From a candidate division CPR2 bacterium GW2011_GWC2_39_10 (GTDB taxonomy: Bacteria; Patescibacteriota; CPR2), in the NCBI GenBank assembly GCA_000993275.1, contig LBVV01000006.1, positions 24 through 64,023 on the forward strand: a stretch of 64,000 bases of DNA. The letters run 5' to 3'. The stretch's first letter is position 1. Every line of letters begins with the position of its first letter. Positions 57,174-64,000 of this stretch are shown here, one piece after another. Under the pieces are notes generated by a model. That model did not search any database and was not told the origin of the DNA. It saw only the letters and a program-made list of their open reading frames with translations. The position numbers were made by a program, and so were the translations under genes.

Positions 57174-57576
57174 GAAATGTCAAATCATATCTTTTAGCAA
57201 TTTTTTTTCCGATTTCTTGAATCTTCTTAATATCCTGATACGGGCTAACAAGCAAAGTTGTCGAAAAATTTCCTATTTCCAACTCCTTAGCCTTTTTGCC
57301 GGTTTCCTCTAAACGAAGCGTGTAACAAGCTTCGCATCGATTTTTTCTATTTTTTATTACCCCAAAATATACTTTAGGATCATATTTACCCTCAATAAAT
57401 AGGAATTTTAGCTTATTTGCCGTAACTATAGCATTTTCTCTTCTTTTTTCGTATTCTGCCTGCGGATGAATGTTGCTGTTTGAATAAAAACAAATAACGT
57501 CAAAACTGGACCTCAGTTTTTTTGCCGGATATAAAAGGCATGGCCCGCAACATGTATGTAAAAGTATTTTCTCCAC
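57007..57576 (-). CDS. queH: Epoxyqueuosine reductase QueH (DUF208)
   Basis: N-terminal 'LLHTCCGPCLLYP' (HxCCxPC motif) plus later Cys pairs 'CEACY' and 'CGCSFSY'; ~190 aa. Confidence 0.7.
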   Translation of the reverse strand: MEKILLHTCCGPCLLYPAKKLRSSFDVICFYSNSNIHPQAEYEKRRENAIVTANKLKFLFIEGKYDPKVYFGVIKNRKNRCEACYTLRLEETGKKAKELEIGNFSTTLLVSPYQDIKKIQEIGKKIAKRYDLTFHDSDFREGFKEGREMAFHSGLYLQKFCGCSFSYIEKFESKINLQQERGNGGTGSI

Positions 57577-57648
57577 AGTGATTAATTATATTATTAAATA
57601 GCATTTTTTCAACATGTTTTTTGTACCCAGAAAAGACCATAATCCGTA

Positions 57649-57765
57649 ACTGCTCACAACCCTGCGTCTTTGCGAGTGAAACGAAGCAATCTCCTCTGCT
57701 TGAAACAAGATTGTCGCACTCTCCGGCGGCTGCCGGATCGTTCGCAATGACGATTGTGAGCAGGT
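57649..57765 (+). repeat. ~115-bp MITE-like element, copy 2, with GCTCACAA/TTGTGAGC terminal inverted repeat
   Basis: ~90% identical to 30596-30715. Confidence 0.75.
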
Positions 57766-57782
57766 ACCATGATCCTTTTTCC

Positions 57783-58793
57783 TTATAAAAGTTTATTTTG
57801 TCCGGAATTAGGCAAATTTAGATGCTGATAGGCCGCCGTGGTGGCTTTTCTCCCCCTTGAAGTTCTTTCTAGAAAACCTATCTGCATTAGAAAGGGTTCA
57901 TAAACTTCTTCTATGGTATCTTTTTCTTCGGAAGTTGATGCCGCAAGCGTGTTAAGCCCTACCGGCCCGCCGCCAAATTTTTCGATTATAGCCGTTAAAA
58001 TATTACGGTCTGTTTTATCAAGCCCCAATTTATCAACGGCTAACAAATCCATAGCCTTTAAAACATCCTCAAAGCCAATTGTTCCGTCTCCTTTCACCTC
58101 GGCATAATCCCGAACCCGTTTTAGAAGACGGTTAGCAATTCGGGGTGTTCGCCTTGCCCTCTTCGACAGTTCCTCCAAAGCGTCAGTCTTTATTTTGACG
58201 TTTAAAATGTTGGAAGATCTTTTGACAATATGTGAAATTTCTTCCGGTTCGTAATAATCCAGCCTATGTGTTAAACCAAATCTGTCCCTTAAAGGCGCCG
58301 ACAAAAGTCCGGCCCTGGTTGTTGCTCCTATAATTGTAAACTTCGGCAGATCAATTCTAATTGATTTTGCCCCGGGGCCTTTACCTATCATAATATCCAA
58401 AGCATAATCTTCCATGGCCGAATATAAAACTTCCTCAACAATTCTATTTAAACGGTGAATTTCATCAATAAACAAAATCTCGCCCTCGGTAAGATTAGTA
58501 AGAATAGAGGCCAAATCCCCCGCCCTTTCTATGGCCGGTCCGCTTGTAATTTTTATGCTGCTGCCAACTTCAAGGGCAATAATATTAGCTAGGGTAGTTT
58601 TTCCAAGCCCCGGTGGCCCATACAGCAATATATGGTCCAACACATCGCCCCTTTTTTTGTGCGCCGCGATGCTGATGTTTAAATTCTCTTTAATACTATT
58701 TTGACCGACAAAATCGGCAAATTTTTTCGGCCTTAAAGTAACCTCAAATTCATCATCTTTTTCTTCTACTAGATTGTTAGTGATTTCTCGCAT
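57783..58793 (-). CDS. ruvB: Holliday junction branch-migration ATPase RuvB
   Basis: '[18 protein letters not shown]' Walker A, 'LFIDEIHRL' Walker B, sensor 2 and winged-helix C-terminus; 336 aa. Confidence 0.9.
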   Translation of the reverse strand: MREITNNLVEEKDDEFEVTLRPKKFADFVGQNSIKENLNISIAAHKKRGDVLDHILLYGPPGLGKTTLANIIALEVGSSIKITSGPAIERAGDLASILTNLTEGEILFIDEIHRLNRIVEEVLYSAMEDYALDIMIGKGPGAKSIRIDLPKFTIIGATTRAGLLSAPLRDRFGLTHRLDYYEPEEISHIVKRSSNILNVKIKTDALEELSKRARRTPRIANRLLKRVRDYAEVKGDGTIGFEDVLKAMDLLAVDKLGLDKTDRNILTAIIEKFGGGPVGLNTLAASTSEEKDTIEEVYEPFLMQIGFLERTSRGRKATTAAYQHLNLPNSGQNKLL

Positions 58794-58862
58794 GCATTCC
58801 TCATATAAATATATTTATTATTGTGGAGGAGAATAAACAATAAGCAATAAACAATGAACGAA

Positions 58863-59219
58863 TTAAAAATTTGTCTTCTCCTTAACTTTGCCAATCAGAA
58901 CCCACAAGATTTTTCCTATTTCGTCAGCAAGCGCTATAGACTCCTTATAATCCTTTTCGCTTAAATATCCTTCTTCAAAAGAAAAGCTAAGCAAGTATTT
59001 AGTTTCTTTTAAAGAACCATAAGAAATTAACAAAAATTGCTTATAACTTTTGTCGCTTTGTCTGGCATAGCCCTCAACAATATTTAAGGGAACCGATAAT
59101 ACTGCTCTTCTTAGTTGCGAAATTACTCCATAAACTTCTTCTTTAGGAAAGACTCTAGTAATTTTGTAAACTAAATGTGCAAGTTCATTAGATTTTTCAT
59201 ACAATGGATTTTTATTCAT
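58863..59219 (-). CDS. Four-helix-bundle protein (TIGR02436, '23S rRNA intervening-sequence protein' family)
   Basis: 'LVYKITRVFPKEEVYGVISQLRRAVLSVPLNIVEGYAR' and 'GSLKETKYLL' are family hallmarks; inserted between ruvA and ruvB. Confidence 0.7.
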   Translation of the reverse strand: MNKNPLYEKSNELAHLVYKITRVFPKEEVYGVISQLRRAVLSVPLNIVEGYARQSDKSYKQFLLISYGSLKETKYLLSFSFEEGYLSEKDYKESIALADEIGKILWVLIGKVKEKTNF

Positions 59220-59221
59220 AA

Positions 59222-59290
59222 TCGCACCCCCACTTCTTGCTTATTGTTTCTTGTTTACTGTTTCTTGCTTCTTGCTTATTGTTTCTTGTT
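59222..59290 (+). repeat. Tandem heptamer array (~9 x CTTG(C/T)TT / ATTGTTT)
   Basis: TTGCTTATTGTTTCTTGTTTACTGTTTCTTGCTTCTTGCTTATTGTTTCTTGTTTATTG with 7-bp periodicity. Confidence 0.7.
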
Positions 59291-59830
59291 TATTGCCCTC
59301 AACGCTTGCTTCACTCTCTCTTCAACTGAAAGATCTCCCGAAACATTCCTAAGCGCCGCATCTGCTTCCCGCGCCAAGTAGCCAAGACCAATTAAAGCAT
59401 CATGAGCATCGTCAGCTTTTCTTTCGCCTATCCTCTCTAACTTTCCGGATAATTCCAGAACTAATCTTTCGGCCGTTTTTTTACCGACTCCCGGAACACT
59501 CACTATTTCCTCCGGCCTTCCCTCTTCAATACTCTTTTTTAATTTATCGGCACCCAATGACGACAAAATAGAAAGTCCCGCTTTTGGGCCAATACCGGAA
59601 ACCGCAATAATTTTTTCAAATAAAAATAACTCTTCTTCGTTATCAAAACCAAAAAGAGATAAATTGTCTTCTCTCACCTGCAAATAAGTATAAAGATTGA
59701 TTTCTTTGCCTACAGATGCTCGCCCGAAAACACTTGCCGAAATATTCACCTTGAAACCAATGCCCGAAACGAGCACCGTAAGGTAAGAATCTTTTTTTAA
59801 AATAACTTCGCCCGATAAAAAATTAATCAT
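59276..59830 (-). CDS. ruvA: Holliday junction DNA helicase subunit RuvA
   Basis: 'MINFLSGEV...', helix-hairpin-helix pairs 'GIGPKAGLSILS' and 'VPGVGKKTAERLVLEL'; C-terminal domain III. Confidence 0.85.
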   Translation of the reverse strand: MINFLSGEVILKKDSYLTVLVSGIGFKVNISASVFGRASVGKEINLYTYLQVREDNLSLFGFDNEEELFLFEKIIAVSGIGPKAGLSILSSLGADKLKKSIEEGRPEEIVSVPGVGKKTAERLVLELSGKLERIGERKADDAHDALIGLGYLAREADAALRNVSGDLSVEERVKQALRAINKKQ

Positions 59831-60356
59831 CCTGTCTCTCCTAGCAAGATCATTTTAGGTCAAGATAATTAAAATAGCAATTGGAAACAATAAGCAAGGA
59901 ACGAATAACAATAAACAAAAAAACTCAAACTGTCTTAGAACTACCCCCTACTGTCATTCCGGCCATATGGCTCGTCCAGACGGATCCATGGGGATATAAA
60001 ATCCATAACCACGAGAAATGGCTTTACGAATGGATTCCTGGTCAAGCCAGGAATGACAAATTAAGAAGGTTGCGAGTTTTCGGTCAGCCTTAAGGTGTAA
60101 ATGCTCACAACTTGTCATTCCCGCGGAGGCGGGAATCCAGTAAGCTCATTGCACCGGATCCCCGGGTCCCGCCTGCCCAAAAAGCGTCATTAGACCGCTT
60201 TTTGGGCTCAAAAAGCTACAGAACGGGCAGGCAAGCCCGAGGATGACAAAAATATAGTTTTCGGACAGTCCATGTATTTCGCATTTTGTTCATTAATCAT
60301 CATAATTATTAATATTAAAATGCGAAATACGTGACAGCCCGAAGGGGCGGATGGAT

Positions 60357-61403
60357 TTATTTTAAAACCAGTGATTTTTCGTAAACCTCTGCGTAAGACT
60401 TAACCATTCGCTCTTTACTAAATAAGCTAGCCCTTTTTCGACAGTTTTCCCGATCAATTTTGTCAATTTTGCCGACATGTTTCGACATTTCATCGACGTT
60501 CCTCGAAATGTAGCCGCAATAACCGTCTTTAACAATTTCCGGCACCGACCCCTCTCTAAAAGCAAGTACGGGAGTTCCGCAGGACAAGGACTCAACCATT
60601 GTAAGGCCAAAAGGCTCCGGCCATTTTATAGGGAAAAGGTAGGCGTAAGCATCTTGGAAAAGCCTCACTTTGTCCTCATGCATCACTTCTCCAACATATT
60701 GGACATCTTTGCCGCTAAGTAACGGCTTTATAGTTTTCTTGTAATAATTTTCATCTGCCGGATCAACTTTGGAAGCCATAATCAATTTTTTTCCTAATTT
60801 TTTTGCCACCTGTATGGCCTCAACCGGCCCCTTGCTGTCATTTATGCGGCTAAAATATAATAAGTAGTCACCTTTTGGATTGGCATTATACGGATAAAGG
60901 TCTAAATCAATTCCGTTATAAACCGTACCTACCCAATTTATGCCCGGCAAAGATAGCTTCTGATTTTCTGAAATAGAAATATAGCCCGAAGTTCCATTAA
61001 ATAAAGGATAATACTCTTTCATGGATACAAAATCCAAACGGCCATGAAACGTTGTAAGAAACGGGATTTTTAGATGACGGCTCATGTGCAAACCATAATA
61101 ATCGGTATGCGAATGAACGACATCAAAATTACCGTTCAATATGTAATTTAAGCTTTTTTCGGCGGCTAAAGTTTGATAGATATAAAAATCCATCGGCCAT
61201 TTTATTTCTTTAGCCGTTCGCACTGACTTTTTTGTTACCGAAACTAACTTGGCATTAACCTTTGAATCTCCGGAAGCAAATAAGGTCACATCGTGACCTA
61301 AAGCCTTTAAGCCTTCAACCAAATTATAAACCACCAGCTCTGTTCCGCCGTACATCTTCGGCGGCACGGATTCTACTACGGGAGCCAAAATAGCAATTTT
61401 CAT
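60357..61403 (-). CDS. Glycosyltransferase family 4
   Basis: 'MKIAILAPVVESVPPKMYGGTELVVYNLVEGL' GT-B N-domain and 'EPFGLTMVESLSCGTPVLA' E-x7-E region. Confidence 0.7.
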   Translation of the reverse strand: MKIAILAPVVESVPPKMYGGTELVVYNLVEGLKALGHDVTLFASGDSKVNAKLVSVTKKSVRTAKEIKWPMDFYIYQTLAAEKSLNYILNGNFDVVHSHTDYYGLHMSRHLKIPFLTTFHGRLDFVSMKEYYPLFNGTSGYISISENQKLSLPGINWVGTVYNGIDLDLYPYNANPKGDYLLYFSRINDSKGPVEAIQVAKKLGKKLIMASKVDPADENYYKKTIKPLLSGKDVQYVGEVMHEDKVRLFQDAYAYLFPIKWPEPFGLTMVESLSCGTPVLAFREGSVPEIVKDGYCGYISRNVDEMSKHVGKIDKIDRENCRKRASLFSKERMVKSYAEVYEKSLVLK

Positions 61404-61488
61404 AAAAAACCCAAACTTATAAAGAAATTTTACTCCTTTTAAGCGTAACCAACAATCGGCACCGCAAACAAACTACGGCGATTTTTCC

Positions 61489-61986
61489 TTACGAATTTTG
61501 GGATATCTTATCTATAAAGTTTGCGTTTTGCAAATGGCACATGGCAATTGCTAAAGCATCAGCCGCATCATCAGGACGCGGAATTTCTTTCATTTTAAGG
61601 AGTATTTTTACCATTTCCTGAATTTGTTTTTTTGATGCTTTGCCGTATCCGGAAATAGTTTGCTTCACCTGAAGCGGCGTATATTCGAAAGAAGGAATTT
61701 CGTTTTTAGCCAGCACTAAAAGAATAACGCCTCTTGCATGGCCGACAGATAAGGCCGTTTTGGCATTGTTGCAGAAGAAAAGTTGCTCCACGGAAGCAAC
61801 GTCCGGCTTGAAACTTTCAATTATTTCAATTAAATCTTCCTCGATAATTCTTAACCTAATTTTTAGGTCTAGATTAGCTTCTGTTCTGATGCAGCCATAT
61901 TCCAAAACAGTAAGAACGTTACCTTCTTTTTTTATAACACCGTATCCGGTTGTGGCTGTTCCGGGATCGATACCAAGGATTATCAT
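61489..61986 (-). CDS. ruvC: Crossover junction endodeoxyribonuclease RuvC (start taken at MIILGIDPG)
   Basis: 'ILGIDPGTATTGYGVI', 'ASVEQLFF', 'GHARGV', C-terminal 'DDAADALAIAMCH' catalytic Asp/Glu positions. Confidence 0.85.
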   Translation of the reverse strand: MIILGIDPGTATTGYGVIKKEGNVLTVLEYGCIRTEANLDLKIRLRIIEEDLIEIIESFKPDVASVEQLFFCNNAKTALSVGHARGVILLVLAKNEIPSFEYTPLQVKQTISGYGKASKKQIQEMVKILLKMKEIPRPDDAADALAIAMCHLQNANFIDKISQNS

Positions 61987-62113
61987 ATAGGCAATACCCC
62001 CACACACGAAACAAGATTGCCGCACTCCCTTCGGTCGCTCGCAATGACAAGTTTGGAAGTTTTGCGGACATTCCTGATATTTGGCATTTGATATTTGGCA
62101 TTTAACATTTTTG

Positions 62114-62857
62114 TTAATCCTTTAACAAGTCGTCTGGAATGTTGAAATTTGACACTACATCCATGACATCATCAATGTCTTCCAAGGCGTCTATCAATTT
62201 CAAAATTTGGAAAGCTGTTTTTTCGTCTGACACTTTAACTTCATTTTTGGGCACCAAAGAAACTTCGGAAGAAACTACATCGAGGCCGTAATCTTTAATT
62301 TTCTCTATAACTTCTTCAAAATCTCTGGGGCTAGTTATAACCAACGCCTGATTATCTAACTCTATAACGTCTTCCGCTCCCGTATCCATTAAAAACAATA
62401 AAGACTCTTCTTTGTCTCTTCCTTTAAAATCAACTAAAATCTGACCTTTTTCGTCAAACATCCAACCGACCGAACCAGTTTCCCCAAGCTTGCCATTATG
62501 CTTTGAAAAAGCTGCCCTAATCTCGGAAGCAGTTCTATTCCTGTTATCCGTTGCGGCATTTACCATAACGGCAATACCACCCGACCCATAACCTTCATAT
62601 CTTATTTCTTCAATTATGACAGACTTGTCGCCCCCCGCGCCTCTTTTAATCGCGCGATCAATATTTTCTTTAGGCATGTTGGATTCCTTAGCCTTTGAGA
62701 TAGCAAGACGAAGTTTGAAATTACTTTCAATATCACTGCCGCTTTCTCTGGCGGCAACGGTAATCATATTGGCAATTTTAGTCCAAACCTTGCCCTTTTT
62801 AGCATCGACAAGAGCTTTTTTGTGCTTTATGCTTGCCCACTTGGAATGACCCGACAT
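62114..62857 (-). CDS. yebC: YebC/PmpR-family transcriptional regulator
   Basis: 'MSGHSKWASIKHKKA' invariant N-terminus; ~247 aa. Confidence 0.85.
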   Translation of the reverse strand: MSGHSKWASIKHKKALVDAKKGKVWTKIANMITVAARESGSDIESNFKLRLAISKAKESNMPKENIDRAIKRGAGGDKSVIIEEIRYEGYGSGGIAVMVNAATDNRNRTASEIRAAFSKHNGKLGETGSVGWMFDEKGQILVDFKGRDKEESLLFLMDTGAEDVIELDNQALVITSPRDFEEVIEKIKDYGLDVVSSEVSLVPKNEVKVSDEKTAFQILKLIDALEDIDDVMDVVSNFNIPDDLLKD

Positions 62858-63157
62858 GTTTTCCTCCCTACAAATCAAAAAATGAGGTATAATTACCCCT
62901 ATTTTATATCATAAATTCTTATTGAGTACAAAATAATTGTTACAGTGCTTAATTATATTTGACCTAAAATTTATGTCAATTAGAAAAATTTGAGCTTTCT
63001 GTGGAAAACCGAACAACCACGAGAACTTGTTCTTTCTTTTTTTTGTCATCCTAAATTTATTTCAGAATCCATACTCTCTGGATTCCGGATCGGGCCTGCC
63101 TCGCCTTGCTCATCAAGGCGGGTCCGGCATGACACTTAAAATGGAGTAACTCAGTAG

Positions 63158-63754
63158 CTAACCGTTTATCAAATTTAAGGCTTGTTCAAACATTCGATCC
63201 GGAGAATCGTAACCTTGGTTTTTGGAGACAACCGCAAAGTCAAGACCCAAATGATCGTTTCTGCCAAAATTAGTAATTTGCACCTCGTGCTTTATCATAT
63301 CCGAAATTCTGGTTGCCTGAGTAGCATCGGTATCGAGCATAATTATCACAAACTTATCATTTTCAAAGCGGCAAACAACGTCTCCGCTCCGTACACTTTT
63401 TTCAATAATATCAGCAATAAGGGACGAGGCGGATGCCGCCGCCATATCGCCAAAACTGTCCCAAAAAACGCTAAATAACTTCAGATGCAAAACAACTATT
63501 GTTAGGTCTTCGTTAAAACTCTGGGATTCTTGGAATTTTTTGTCCAAAAATTGACCCAAGAAAGCTTGACTGACAAATCCGGTAAGCTCGTCAATTACAA
63601 CATTATCGCCCGCTTCTTTTAAGTAGTTGCCAATTCGGGAAGACAGAAGTTTGACGGCCTCAATTCTTTCAGCAATAGAATGATCACTTGAAGCAATTTT
63701 TTCAATTTCCTCAATCCACTGCCGCTCTTTTTCCTTCAAATTAACATGAATCAT
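63158..63754 (-). CDS. Degenerate GGDEF-domain protein (likely non-catalytic)
   Basis: GGDEF fold layout 'DELTGFVSQAFLGQFLD...' with 'RFENDKFVIIM' in place of R-x-GGDEF and a C-terminal 'GLDFAVV' region. Confidence 0.4.
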   Translation of the reverse strand: MIHVNLKEKERQWIEEIEKIASSDHSIAERIEAVKLLSSRIGNYLKEAGDNVVIDELTGFVSQAFLGQFLDKKFQESQSFNEDLTIVVLHLKLFSVFWDSFGDMAAASASSLIADIIEKSVRSGDVVCRFENDKFVIIMLDTDATQATRISDMIKHEVQITNFGRNDHLGLDFAVVSKNQGYDSPDRMFEQALNLING

Positions 63755-64000
63755 TAAAAGTAATTATAGAACTTTTATAAAGATAATCAAGCTCTCGTTC
63801 TGTATCTACTCACTAGGCCCCTATTTTTATGTAAAATTTCTATGTAACTACAGTGTCATTCCAGACTTGATCTGGAATCCAGGAAGAATGGATCCCGCAT
63901 CTAGGTGCGGGATGGGCATAATGCTTAAAAAGTGTTGCTACTTTAGGTCAAAATATGCCTTCCAATAAATAAATTGGAAGAGATGATCTTCTGTAAGTCC

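Noticed and set aside
59222-59290. Possible CRISPR array (regularly spaced short repeats)
   Set aside because: Period is 7 bp with no spacers and no cas genes; it is a simple tandem heptamer array, not a CRISPR.
59881-60093. 70-aa ORF between ruvA and the GT4 gene (also 5481-5723, 57..242)
   Set aside because: Composed entirely of hairpin repeat modules (GTCATTCC family); no coding signal.

Overview
This is a low-GC (~35%) fragment from a small-genome bacterium; the gene content (lamin-tail-domain protein, FISUMP-domain pilin, QueH, four-helix-bundle protein, many pilins, no secretin) looks like a CPR/Patescibacteria-type organism. The coding content is: (i) two paralogous 7TM sensor histidine kinases with no response regulator nearby; (ii) a cluster of small-molecule/tRNA-modification-like enzymes (ThiF-like E1, several methyltransferases, aminotransferase, peptidase-U32-like, GHMP/beta-RFAP-synthase-like, P-loop kinase) plus nucleotide 'house-cleaning' enzymes (Ham1, NUDIX, two HD hydrolases, stand-alone IMP-cyclohydrolase domain); (iii) a cluster of five tRNAs (Arg-TCG, His, Arg-TCT, Pro, Gly); (iv) two type-IV-pilus (T4P) loci. 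Locus A (27.1-39.3 kb, minus strand) carries five pilin-like genes with unusual C-terminal fusions (PilX-RCC1 propeller, pilin-FISUMP, pilin-beta-helix) plus pilC/pilO/pilN/pilM. Locus B (46.9-55.2 kb, plus strand) carries pilB, pilC, four pseudopilins and pilM/N/O; (v) housekeeping genes rny-ymdB, hup, tsaE/tsaB, queA, queH, ruvA/ruvB/ruvC, yebC. The most striking non-genic signal is a REP/RAYT system. An IS200-like HUH tyrosine transposase (33605-34270) sits inside pilin locus A, flanked by inverted copies of a ~40-bp element with an ACACACCCGGTGTGT palindromic core. At least six further copies of that element are scattered through the window. Several of these copies abut duplicated fragments of other genes (greA internal piece, dnaK 5' end, thiF-like 5' end). 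The greA-like gene carries a +1 frameshift exactly at one such breakpoint. Other repeat families are abundant: heptamer tandem arrays (TTGTTTA)n in many intergenic regions, a ~115-bp MITE-like element (3 copies), GTCATTCC/GGAATGAC hairpin modules, and ~110-bp AT-rich direct repeats flanking hup. No CRISPR array and no rRNA were seen.
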